Positions 34,183 through 46,700 of a stretch of 64,000 nt of DNA are shown piece by piece. The position numbers and the translations under genes were made by a program. Location of the stretch: IMG/VR virus record IMGVR_UViG_3300027732_001162. One strand, written 5' to 3'. The number at the start of each line of letters is the position of its first letter. The first letter of the stretch is position 1. Under the pieces are notes generated by a model. That model saw nothing but the letters and a program-made list of their open reading frames with translations. It made no database searches and had not been told where the DNA came from. The stretch comes from an uncultured virus (IMG/VR IMGVR_UViG_3300027732_001162). Taxonomy: Duplodnaviria; Heunggongvirae; Uroviricota; Caudoviricetes.

Positions 34183-36696
34183 TTACACTATGCTACTGTG
34201 ATTTTTAAACACTAGATATTTATCGTTAGAATATCCAGTGACTGAATCTATGATATAGCGATCTGCGGTATAATCCAGCAATTTGAAGTCAAAACCGCTA
34301 TATTTGATATTAATAATAATATCATCTGCTTTTCCTGGCAAACAATAGCACAGGGGCACAGCAAGTTTAAACCCCAACTGCAACTTTTCACCAGGCTGTA
34401 TACTGCGCATCCATAAGGGCAAGTAGTTTCTTTCAGTAGTTCCAGTGTCTGCCAAATTATTTCGCCAGTTGGATATGCTGTTAATATAGTGTTTTTTTGG
34501 CGCAGTATCTGAAATATTGTATGCTGTGCTGTCTATAGTTATGTTATTGATTGGACGATCCAGCCAACTTTCTGCTAATTCCATAGCTGTTATTCCAGCA
34601 GGATCCACTGGACTTGCCCAAATCTCGTTGCTTATATCTCCAGTCAATTTATACTGATCTCGTGCATTGTTAGTAATTGTTTGGCCAGGAGCGATACCAT
34701 TAATTTCTAAAGGATCTATCATTTCAATATAAACAATTTCGTATGTTATTGCGCTGTCTTTAATAGCAACTGCTTTTTTAATGGATCCAAATTGAAAACG
34801 TTTACGTTTGTTATTCAGTCCCATTGCACCCAAAAATTTAGCGGCCTCGCTAGTTTCTATTCCAGAATAGATTAACATTCCTAAATCTCTTTTGACTCCA
34901 AAATTTGAATCTCCCGGACGGAAAATACTTGTGCTGGTGAATATATCAGTGTCTGTGATAAACTGCTTAAACACAGTTCTTTGCGGAATACTTAATAAAG
35001 GCTGAGTTCGAATATTACTGTATAATTTTTGATTTGGTGTAGTAACTTTAATAAAAAATTCTTTTGTACTGTCTGCAAATCCATACTGATCTTTAACCAA
35101 CACAGTAAACTTATATGATCTGTCAAAAGTAGTTGTGCCGCTGTCTATGCTAAACAAACTATTTTGTGAATCAAACAATATTAATCCACGTACACCAATG
35201 ATATCATATTGATGGCCCTTGTCAATTGTTGTAAACCTGTTGTCCAAGGTTAATGCGTCGTTGTCTATAGAAATTTCTCTACTGATGTTTGCAACACCAA
35301 ATTGATTAACTTTGCCAGTGATTTCGCCATCGCTGGATAATATCAAACCTGGAGGTAAACTTCCAGAACTAATGGTATAAATTAAATTTGAATTTAAACT
35401 TGAACTGGCTGATACTGAAAGATCCGATACAAAATTAGCAGATATTTCTCCAAGATTGTACGGACTGTTCCAAGTGATATTATTATCAATCTCTCCAATC
35501 ACACGTATTGTAAATGTTCTACTTGTTACTGCGGGCTGTACATCTTCTCCGGTACGGGATGCAGTAACAGTAAACGTATAAGATTTAGCAATGGATGTTT
35601 GGAATGGAATACGTCCTGCAATATACACAGTGGAGTCAACGGGGTTGAATGTTAAACCCGGAGGCAAATTGTTTACATTGTTTATTGTAAAGACGATAGG
35701 AAAACTATCAACAATTTCTAAACATTCAAGAGCAAACATAACGTAATTATCTGCTCTACAAACGCCAAGATTGCTGTTAGTTAACCAAATGGGTTCTTGT
35801 AAGAATGTGACGTCTGCGGTAAACAGTTCTGAATCGTCTGTAATTTGTGTATAGTCAGCATGAAAGCTGTCTTCACCTATTACAAAAATTGCAAATTTTC
35901 GTTTGACAATAACACTGCCAGTCGAAACGCTTACTAAAAATTCATAAGTTTGATTTAAATTTCTAGGAGTTCTTGTGGGAGTGCTGTAATCAAAATCAGT
36001 TGTGTCAAAAATATAGCTGTCATATCCGCTGGTACTTCTTAAACCAAAGTCAAAATATGATGTGTCATAAAAGCTGTTATCATAAGTGCCGTCTCCAGAT
36101 GTTCTAACATCCACATTGGCCACAGTTTCGACCAAGCCAGTAAGTTTGCCATTGGGCAATAGTGTTACGCCCGGCGGCAACTTTCCGTCTCCTGAAGATA
36201 TAAAATAAGTTAAGGCTTCTCCATCTGGATCAAATGCACTCAATTGATAATCAATTACTGATTTTCCTACAGCGAATTTTTGACCGTATCGCCCAACTGG
36301 CAACAAGCCTGCTGGAGTAACTATAGTGGGAAGTTGTCCGCCATTGACTATTATATTAAATGTTCTGTCGGAAATATCAGTACCCAACTGCGCACGTACA
36401 CAAAATATAAATGTAGTAGTTCTAGCAACATTATAAGGATTGCCTGCAATAAACGCCCCGTTGACTTTTAAACCTTCTGGTAATTTTCCTGAAATCAGTC
36501 TAAAGGTAATACCAGTTAAATTTCCTGTAGTTGGCAGAGGTATATTTACAACCACACGTTCTTGGAATGTTCCTGTGTCAAATGTAGTGGTTCGGCCGTC
36601 GAAGGATGTTCTTGCAGTGTCTAACGCAAGATTTCCAGTAAGTCCTGAAATACCAGGTAACGTGTATCCAGAGGGTTTTGTCCAAACATTAAGCAT
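34183..36696 (-). CDS. Baseplate wedge-like protein with Ig-like repeats
   Basis: Repeated SGxLPxGL Ig-like motifs; C-terminal LPLWMRS...DRY...DKYLVF. Confidence 0.7.
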   Translation of the reverse strand: MLNVWTKPSGYTLPGISGLTGNLALDTARTSFDGRTTTFDTGTFQERVVVNIPLPTTGNLTGITFRLISGKLPEGLKVNGAFIAGNPYNVARTTTFIFCVRAQLGTDISDRTFNIIVNGGQLPTIVTPAGLLPVGRYGQKFAVGKSVIDYQLSAFDPDGEALTYFISSGDGKLPPGVTLLPNGKLTGLVETVANVDVRTSGDGTYDNSFYDTSYFDFGLRSTSGYDSYIFDTTDFDYSTPTRTPRNLNQTYEFLVSVSTGSVIVKRKFAIFVIGEDSFHADYTQITDDSELFTADVTFLQEPIWLTNSNLGVCRADNYVMFALECLEIVDSFPIVFTINNVNNLPPGLTFNPVDSTVYIAGRIPFQTSIAKSYTFTVTASRTGEDVQPAVTSRTFTIRVIGEIDNNITWNSPYNLGEISANFVSDLSVSASSSLNSNLIYTISSGSLPPGLILSSDGEITGKVNQFGVANISREISIDNDALTLDNRFTTIDKGHQYDIIGVRGLILFDSQNSLFSIDSGTTTFDRSYKFTVLVKDQYGFADSTKEFFIKVTTPNQKLYSNIRTQPLLSIPQRTVFKQFITDTDIFTSTSIFRPGDSNFGVKRDLGMLIYSGIETSEAAKFLGAMGLNNKRKRFQFGSIKKAVAIKDSAITYEIVYIEMIDPLEINGIAPGQTITNNARDQYKLTGDISNEIWASPVDPAGITAMELAESWLDRPINNITIDSTAYNISDTAPKKHYINSISNWRNNLADTGTTERNYLPLWMRSIQPGEKLQLGFKLAVPLCYCLPGKADDIIINIKYSGFDFKLLDYTADRYIIDSVTGYSNDKYLVFKNHSSIV

Positions 36697-36721
36697 TTTT
36701 TAATTCCGGCGACTTAGACAA

Positions 36722-37510
36722 TTAAATTATGCCAAAGTCTAAATTATTATTAACCAACGGTCCTAGGCCTGGTGATGTGTAACCCATGTCCAGATCTATG
36801 GTGTTGTAATTTCCAATGATAACTCCCATGTCAATATTAAAACTGTTTGTTTGAACCATCATGCTAAAAATAGCGTCCATGACATCAACACGAATACCAT
36901 AAACTGTGGTTTGTACATCGCCAGTTCCTACGGTATCAATTAATCTATAGCCATTGATATTTAAATCGCCGCCCAACACAGGTGCTGGGTCATTGACAAC
37001 ACCGGCTGAACTTTTTAAGTCAATTGTGTTTGTGCCTGGAATAATATTAATACTGTTATCGCTACTGGTTATACTTTTAAATTCTGCGGTGGTGTCGTTT
37101 TTATTTTTAAAAACTCCAATGGTAGAACTAATGACTGTGCCGTCAGCAGTGCCATATACTCCGGGATCTGTGGGATAGCGTAATGTAATTTGTGTCTGCG
37201 AACTGGCAGTACAAATCCAGTGCCCATTATACAAGGGATTAGTATTGCCAGTTAGATAGAAATACTGATTGGTGACAGGTACCACACTTTGCTGGCTGAT
37301 AATCAGTGTTACCAAATATGGACCAGTACCAGTTTTAGTTAAAAAACGGTTAACAACAATGGTGTTTACACCCAAGTTTGATGCTTGAGAAATTGGAATG
37401 TCAGTTCCAAGCAAACTGAAGTTTTCGTTAACTTTTTTAAATGCACCACGCAAGTCATCACCTGACCCATCGTTTGCATAGCTTCCTACATTAATTGTTT
37501 GAATTGGCAT
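36722..37510 (-). CDS. Tail-associated structural protein
   Basis: Start MPIQTINVG at 37510 after TAAATA; NDGSGDDLRGAFKKVNENF module and PVLGGDLNING motif. Confidence 0.7.
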   Translation of the reverse strand: MPIQTINVGSYANDGSGDDLRGAFKKVNENFSLLGTDIPISQASNLGVNTIVVNRFLTKTGTGPYLVTLIISQQSVVPVTNQYFYLTGNTNPLYNGHWICTASSQTQITLRYPTDPGVYGTADGTVISSTIGVFKNKNDTTAEFKSITSSDNSINIIPGTNTIDLKSSAGVVNDPAPVLGGDLNINGYRLIDTVGTGDVQTTVYGIRVDVMDAIFSMMVQTNSFNIDMGVIIGNYNTIDLDMGYTSPGLGPLVNNNLDFGII

Positions 37511-37542
37511 GTTTGCGCTCTCTTTAGTATATTTACCGTATT

Positions 37543-37791
37543 TTAATAACTGCCGGTCAACGCCGCACGTTTCCAAGTGTCAGTTGCTGTGCAGATATAG
37601 ATATAGTTAGCATCCCAAGTGATTTGCCCAGCAGTACCGGTAGCAGTGGCCGTTTTGGTTCCGTTAGGAACAGTGCCTAATGCTGTATACAATTCGGTAA
37701 AGTTTGCATTTACTTTTGTAAAAGCCGTGCGCAACGGGTCACCGTTCTTGGCATTGGCCGCAGTGCCAGTGTTAATTACTTGTTTAGCCAT
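37543..37791 (-). CDS. Short tail-associated protein
   Basis: GDPLRTAFTKVNANFTELY module followed by GTAGQITWDANYIYICTATDTWKR. Confidence 0.7.
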   Translation of the reverse strand: MAKQVINTGTAANAKNGDPLRTAFTKVNANFTELYTALGTVPNGTKTATATGTAGQITWDANYIYICTATDTWKRAALTGSY

Positions 37792-40700
37792 TATACTCTC
37801 CCTACAGCAACTTGGATAATTCCAGCTTCGCCGTTGTCTTTGTCTTCCAGTGCTTTACCAATAATGCTACCTAGTTTTGGATCTGTAGCTCGCACAGCAT
37901 AACCCGGTGTACTGGATGTTGTCAGCATGTCGCCTTTCTTCACACGACCCACTACCTTACATGGCACACGACCTGCCAATGCTAAACAAACACGCATGCC
38001 AGTTTGTGCATCGTTCATCACGTATGCTGGATTGGTTGTTACAACACCTGCTGAACGTGTGTCGTTCATTTCACCAGTGGTAGTAACTTCTTTGTCTCCA
38101 CCAAACACCAACACAGTACCTGGTTCGTATTCCTGATCACCTTCATAATATTCTGCCAAGTCAGCATAGGTAGCTTGTAGTTTACTTGCACCACTTAAAG
38201 TGTAAGTACCCTGCATTGTACAACCAGTAGCATCTGCGCCTGTTGATATAGTGGCCACTTTCAAAGTAACCAAACTTGCATCAAGCAAACTACTGGCCGC
38301 AAATTGCCACTGTCCGGTAATTGTACCTGCTGTGCCCGATGCACCAGTTGTTAAAGTCTTACTTTGTAGTGTAGCACCTGTTTGACTAAAATCGCTTGTA
38401 CCGTAGAATGTATTGGTAGAACTTGAAGTTCCCACAGCAGTTAAGAATTTAAAGTTACCTGGTGTATAAAATTCCAACGTTGTACTAGCAACTTGTAAAA
38501 TGTTGCCACTTGTAGGTAACGAACTTATTTTAATACCTTTAACATCAACAACACCGCCACTGTCTGTTTGTACCAACATGTTGTTAGCACCGGTAGCAGT
38601 GATACCAATAACTCCGTATGCTTTGACACCAGTTCTAATAACAGCACCAGTTGAAGTTGCCAGTGTACCAGTACCACCAACTGGTATTGTAGTGCTATTT
38701 CCAGTTGATGAAATATCTTGATTACGTATACCATCACCGTTGGCCACCATGGCCTGTGTAGTGGTAACACTGACTGCCGCAGCCACGCCGCTGATATTGG
38801 CCAACACACTGTTACCAGTAATCCATTGCAACTTAGTTGATGGAACACCAGTTGACGTACTGGTTGAAGTTTGTAATGTTACCCAGCCGTCAGTAACAGT
38901 AAATTGACTACTGTCGTATTGACTTACACCAGTTGCGGCTTGTAGTGCGTCTATATCAATAGCAGTACCGGTGCCGCCACCAATTGTAAATGCTTGGAAA
39001 ATTGTACCAGCAGTTCCAGCAGTAGCACCTGCCCATAAAGCAGTTCCTGGTGCAGTCCAGTTTGTAGTTCCCACTGTAGCAATTCTGTAACGTTTTCCTA
39101 CAACAAAACTTCCTGCGGTAACTGTTACCAATGTCGGAACAGCACTAATTGTAGCAGTGGCCAAGTTCATTCCCAACTTGCTTTGTGCAATGGCCGCTGT
39201 TGCGCTGACCTTGCCGTCATTCACAGCACCGTTGCGGGTAAATGCTAATCTACCGCTTGGTGTTGTGTTATAAACCGCACTCATTGAAACTACACTGGCA
39301 TTGATACTTCCGGTTACAACTTGGCTTCCAGTATATCCAGTACCACTAACGATCATTCCAGGAATAATGCCAGTTGAACTGTTTAATGTCAATAAGAAAA
39401 CACTTCCGCCTGTACATGTTGATACTTGTGGAATATTAATCAAGTATGTTCCAGCTCCGCCAGTGCCAGTAACTGAGGTAGTTGTTAATCCAGTATCAAC
39501 AATATATGTTCCTGCTGTTACAGTACCACCAGTTAACATCATACCCTTTTGTACTGTGACTGTTGGACTTCCAGAAACAGTCAATATATTTCCACTAATG
39601 GTGGCACTAAATGTTCCAGTAGCCGCAGTACCACCACTAACATAGGTTGCATATACAACAGCACCTTGAATTGTACTAGTTAATGTGATGCCGTCCCAGT
39701 TTATGGTTAAATCACCAGCTTTATCAAATGCCGCATTTGTCCATGCGCCTGACTGTAAGTTGTTATTAGCGTTGGTGAATCCCCAAACAGCAATTTGATT
39801 TTGTGCAACATTAAATTGCATACTTGATGCAGTATCTTTTAATTTAAAGAAACTGTCACGAGCATTAACAACGTTATCAACATACAGTTTGTTAGTGGCA
39901 TCAGAATTTAAAATTGGCAAGCCCATGCTACCAACTGTAAAGCCTCCCATTGACATATTGCCCTTCATTGGCAACTGCCCACTTAGGTTCATGTAACCAG
40001 AACCAATCAACGCTGTGGCAGGAGTTGTAGCACCTGAGTGTTGTACACCCAGCCTGTTGTCAATGTATCCACGTACCGCACTCTGCGTTGGCACAGTATC
40101 TGAAGCATCGTTGGTCATTGACGAGTCAGTTGAAAATTCACTAACTGTAACACCACGTTTAAATCCTAGTCCGTCCAAGTTGCTCAACGCAATTGAAGCT
40201 GAGAATGTAACTGTACCAGTACCTTGGTCAACTGTAAAGAATCTGCCCACACGGAAGATACCGTTTTGGTCAGTGGTTACATAGAACACACGACCAACTG
40301 TTTCTTCAAGCACTTCGTTTGTTTGGTCTGCCTTCTGATACGGGTTACCAAAAATTTGATATGGATAGTTGGTAGTGTTATAACCGCCTGTACCAATGTC
40401 CAACAAGTCATGTGCTGAACAACGAGTAGTACTAATACGTGTTGTAATTTGTGCGGCAGTGCCAGAAAGGTAACCGGCACGTAACGGCTGTGCCACAGTG
40501 CTGTTCATCGGCCGACTAATACCAGTAATAATTGGTGTAAGTATCACAGGACTAGCAGTTTGTGACGGTGCTGTAAACGTTATGTTTCCGGTTGGAGTGC
40601 CACTTGGAGGAGCACTAACAGTTAATGTAATTCCATCAGCATTGATATTTGTAACAAATTGACCTAAGAAGAAGCCGCTAGTTCCACCGCCTCGAACAAT

Positions 40701-43700
40701 GTCACCTATAGCAACACCTGTTGAGCTTGCAACTTTTAATGTTGTACCTACACTTCCTGATGGGTTATATGTACTAACCACTGTTGATTCTGGATCTACA
40801 GAATACGCCAGTGTTATACTAGTAAGTGAACTAGCAATGCATTGAACAAATTTGTTATAATCACTATTTCCATTTCCAGACACCTGATAGAATGTATCAA
40901 CAATTGGAGCAACACTTTGAGTTGGAATTTCCAAAGTGGTGTACCATGGCCCGGCAACGCTACTTAATTCTGTAAATCCTAAAACTCCAAATGGCGTACT
41001 ATCTGGAGATGCACTCAACACTATTGTGGTAACTGGGGCCCCGCTAGTGCTTGCTGTTGCACTAACAACAGTTTGCCCGCTAGTGAATCCAGAACCAAAT
41101 ACTGACATGCCTGCTTTGATAAATTGTGTTCTATCACTGGTGTAGACTGTAATACTTGTACTTAAATTGTTGTATGTTAAAAATTGTCCTGTAGCAGTAG
41201 CAGTAGCAGTGGCATTTAATACGACTGTGTTGGTTGTACAAGTTACTGTGACTGGACTACCACCGCCATTTGCTTGATTACTCATTACAATAGTGCTTGC
41301 ACCAGTATTCAACGAAATAATAACTGTACCAGCTACAATGCCAGTGCCACTAACTGGAGCACCTACCACTAGGTTAGTAAAACTGCCGACCGATGTTAGC
41401 GTAGCACTACCATTAGTTGGTGTTGCAGTAAATGTTGTTGTACTGCTTGTACTTGCAACAGTGTTGTCTGAACGTGCAGTAACTGGAGCTTGTGTTAATG
41501 TAAATGTTGCGCCAGCAGTAGCAGTACCGATAGTTGTTGTTAAATCAAATACCGGTGTACTTGCAGTGGCTTTTGTAAATGAACTGGTAAGTTGAATACT
41601 GGTAGCACTGTTTACTTTACCAATGTAATATGTTGTGCCAGTGGTATATCCACCAATACCGCCTGCACTGAATGTGCCAGTAACAGTGATAGCTTGTCCA
41701 ACGGTATAAGTTCCGCTAGTTACTGTGGCAGTTCCTACCAAGTCTGCAATTGCAAACGAAGCAATAGTGGTTGTGGCCGCCACTGAAGTAATTCCAGTTA
41801 CTGCGGCTCCGCCAAATGTTGCTGAAATAGTGATAGCATTGGTAGCAATGGTTTTGACATAGTACTGTGCTTGGTTAACAGCCGTGGCCAGTGTGAACGT
41901 CATGTCGTTGGTGCTGGTACTGCCACCCAACAGCGCACCATCAATTGTAATGGTATCGCCCACTACGTAACCAACACCCTGAGCAACTAATGTGATAGTG
42001 GTAAATCCGCTGTATGCTGTGCCAGCACCAGTTTTGGTAATAGTAAATGTTGCGCCAGTGCCTTTGCCACTGCTGGACTTTGTCACCACCGCAGTATAAG
42101 TGGCCGCACTTGTAACACTGACACCTGATATAGGTGTATATGTGGTTGAACTGTTTAATCCGCCCCTAACAGGTATTCCACCAAATGTTGCTGTTGATGC
42201 TTGAAATGTGATTAAATTACCAACACTTAACAGTGTACCATTGTCTACTGTAATAGTGCTTGGGCTAGTTGTGCTGACCGCAGACACAGCGACCTGACTA
42301 TTTAATCCTACTCCTGCAATGCTTGTTCCAGCACCTAAATTGGTTAAACTGTTTACACCGAGAATACTTGCACTACCACTTGTGATGTTACCTAGGAAAC
42401 TACCTGTTGGAACATAAGTTGCGGCCACTTGCCCTCTACTTTGTATTCTTGTAATGGTAATTGGATTAGCATCTGTACTTGTGATACTGTATTTGATTGC
42501 ACCCAGAGTAATAAACGGTATCGTTGATTTAGTAAATGTTAAAACTCCGCTTGGGGTACTTGTTGGGCCGGCAGTTAATACAACAGTATCGCTAATCCTT
42601 GCATAAGTAAGTCCGGATGGTGTTCCTGCACTACTTGTAATAAACACTGGAGTTTGCGCAATAGCATTTGCATATGAACTGGCTAATTGAATACTGGTAG
42701 CACTGTTTACTCTACCGATGTAAAAAATAATGCCGGCAGTCATATTGCTGGTTGCGCCAGAACTGTATGTGGTACCTCCTACTGTCAGTGATCCAGTGCT
42801 ACCAAATGTTCCAGTTATAGTGATAGCTTCACCGACCACATACGTTCCACTAGTTACGGTTACAGTTCCTACTGTATCAGCAATCACAAATGAAGCAATA
42901 TTATTTGATGAAATACTCAAAACAGATTGACCACTGGTAAATCCAACAGCACTGACTATCATGCCTGTTAAAATACCCGAAGTACTACCATATGTAAATG
43001 TAGCACCACTACCAGTACTCACAGCGGCCGCACTTAGAGCAATGCTGGAAGACCCTGTATTGATACTGATAATTGTAGTTCCAGCAGGAATACCAAATCC
43101 TGTGATTAATTCTCCAACCACAAGTCCAGTAAAGCTACTTACAAATGTAACAGTAGACGAGGCACTGGCAATTGTTCCAGTAAATGTTCCACCAATAACT
43201 AAAGTAGTTCCGCTAGATCCAGTTGGATTGTATCCTGTAATAACTGTAGTTGTTATAGGTGCAGTGTAACTGGTAATTCCGTGTACTTTACCACCAAATG
43301 CAAAAGCGTATGTGCCTTTATTAACTTGGTCAATATTTTGTTGCGGGCCAAATGCAGTTACCGCAATGCGTGTGTCGCCTGGTGTGGCCCCCATGGTTTT
43401 TGCACCGCCGTCAACTGGGTCGGGCTTTGTGATATTTCCAGTGTCTGCTTGGAATAGATAGTAGGAAAATGATTGGTCAGTACTTAAAATAGCCTGGAAA
43501 GCTGGCAATATTTCGTTAGTGGCTTCTGTCAAGTTGTATGTTAAAACACGATAGATACTGCCCAAGTTATCAGTAAATTGAACAGCAGTACTTGGACGGG
43601 TTGGGTTTACGTTGTCAATTTCATAAAACTTGAAGTTTTGTAACATACGCAGTTGGACCAGCTGGCCGTCATACAATGGAGCGGCCAAACCAGTGCTAGA

Positions 43701-46700
43701 TGTTCCACCCGACCCGCTTGTGCTTAGTGTTAACAAGAGAACATTTTGTCCGCCAATTGTGGCACTTGTATATGCACTGGATGTTTGAATTGCGGTTACT
43801 GTACCAGCAGTGGGAGTTGTTCCTCCTACCACTGCGTATGTGATACTTGTGCCTGAAACGATACTGGTAATAACAATTGTTGTTGGAGTACCACCAAACA
43901 ATGTACCAGTACCTGCTGTGGCACTCAGGGTATTACCAACACGCATACCAGTAGTTGAAGTTATTCCAGTAATGGTCGCAGTCCATGGAGCACCTGATGT
44001 GCCACTACCTGCAATAGTTCCAACAGTGCCGGAACCAAACAACGGAGTTACGATGATATTAAAGTTTGAATACACACCAATAGCACTGCTTGATGTAGAG
44101 AATAAATTGTTGTATACTGCACTACCACCAGTTACAGCATTTCCAGTATAGATAAATGTTGCAAGGGCAGTGTTCACGATTCCAGTTACATAAGCAGTTA
44201 AGTCGTTGCCCGCATTACTGCTGAATGTTGATCCTGATGCTGTTGCACTGGCAACATTACTTAGAATAACAGTGTTGCCTCCTGTAGTTGCCAATGCTGT
44301 TGTTCCAAACGGAATATTAGGGCCTGTGATAGTGGCACCGTTAAAGTAATAAGTTGTTGCTGATCCACCACTTGAACCTGGATCAACAGTGTAACGCAAT
44401 GTTATACTGGTCAGTGTACTACCAACACATACAAATGTTCCATTGTAATCAGTATTGGAATTGCCAGCAATAGTGAATAATCCACCAACCAATGGTATGG
44501 TAGTTACTGCCGCAGTGGTAAATGTAACAAATACGTTTGGAGCAGTTCCTGTTTTTGCTAGATAGGTAGCTGATGTTGTTACTGGTGCTTGGATTGTTGT
44601 GTAATTTACAGTACTAAACACTCCAGGGTCACTAGCATAACTTATTGTAATAGTGGTAAATGTACTCGAAGATACAGTATTGCTACCATTATAGCTGGTA
44701 TTGGAATTGCCGCTGATTACATATCCGCTGGACGGTGTTGGAGCAGATAGCTGAGTTGGAATATTAAATGTTACTAAGTAAGGACCTGTTCCTGTTTTGC
44801 TTACATAACCTGTAACCAACAATGCTGGGCTTGTGCGTATTGCGGCCAATGTGCCAGCACTGGCAATAAAGTTAGTATTCAAAGCAGTGTTACCACTAAA
44901 TGAACTTGAAACTCCTCCAAGACTTGCACCGCTAACAATTACTGTATCACTAAAATACAAAGTTCCGCTTGGAGTGGAGTCTGGAGATCCGTCCAATGTT
45001 AAAGTGATACCGTCTAGACTAATGCCTGTAACTTTTTGGTTGCGTGTGAATCCAGTTCCAGTTACAGTTTGTCCAATTTTAATATTTGCTGTGCTGTTAA
45101 CAGTCATAGTAGTACTTGCAGTGCTACCTGTGGCAAATGTTGCTGATGCATAAGCATAGTTAGAACCAACACTACCAGTTGGCACATAAACTGTTGTATG
45201 GCTAACTGAGTTAACCTGATAACGTACGATACCTTTACCAGCTAACGAATGATCAATTTCTAATTCTGTGATTTGAGTTGGATAATAATCGTAAGAATAA
45301 ACGTACACGCTGATAGCCGCAGTATTCATGTTGCCGTAGAACGCATTACCGGTTGAACTTTGTGGTAATGTTGTTGGATTAAAGATACGTGCAGTTTGCA
45401 TCAAGTTTTGTGCAAGTGAAACTGTGTCTGGTTTTTCAGTCACATCGTATCCGCTGGCACGTAACGCATACTGACCGTGTGCGCTTGAGCTACCAACAGA
45501 ACGAATCTGCCCACCATTCAAGGCCCAAAACGCTGTCCAACAGTAGTATGTGAATGTTGAAACTTGTTCAGTGAGACCGCCGTTGGTTGCAAGAATAGCA
45601 TAGCCCAAGTCATTAATCATGGCAAAGTCATTAGCCAACATGGATTTATTACCAGCCATTTCAATATTAATTTTTTGTCCAGCGCCCCCAAGCCATGGTG
45701 TTTGAGCACCAAGATTTAATTGAACAGTTCCGCCAATAACATTTCCATTCACATCAAATGTTTGTGCATAATTGCTTACAGTATTAATCTGATAACGGCC
45801 GCCACGCACAAAGAATGCACTAGGAGTTTGGGGAGCACGTATGTCTAATCCACTATTAACACCGCCTGTTACAATTAATGTAAATCCGTCAACACTTGCG
45901 AATGTTATTTGTCCAAACAAACGTCCGGCAAATCCATCTACAAATTGTCCACCGGCAAAAACTTGTTTGTTTTGGCTTCGGCTAAAACTGGTAGCAACCT
46001 GTCCATACGGTGATTTAGATTTGATTTGGCCTTCTGGATCCAGCACCATCATAAATCCGCCATGACCTTCACCGGTCATGTTGTTCATACGTACAGCATT
46101 ACCGCATAAAAATACGTCAATGTCTCTATTGTTCTTTGGAGTACTGTTTATATCCGCCGGGTCAGTCAAATAATGACGTCCGTAGTTTTTAGTTTCATAG
46201 AGATGCCATGAAGTAGGTGCAAGAACACCAAACGATATAGAACTCACACTGGCCTGCGCCCCGCTGGTCGCTCCAATAATAGCACCGTTGGTGTTTGACA
46301 TGATGCCCGAAGTAACTTTATAAGTTAACTGTGTTGCTGTTGCTGAAATAACAACGCCAGTAGCACTGGATGTTGTTCCGCTTTGTGCAATTGTTTCGCC
46401 TACTGCAAATGTAAAAGCATTTGTATAGTTAATTGTTGCTACCGCTGTTTGTGTAAACGGATACATCACTGTGGCATTCATGAAGTTACCAGATACACTG
46501 TCAACTACTGCACGACCAGGCTTGCCGTTGCTGTCTAATACATCCGATTGGAATACATAGCCTAGATAACTGACACTGACCTGTGTGTTACTACTCAATG
46601 TAATAATAATTTTGCCAACAGTTCCGCTGATAGTCGCTGTAACTAATGGTCCGATAGTTGAAACAGTACTTGTGCCATATGTTCCTGGATCACTTGCATA

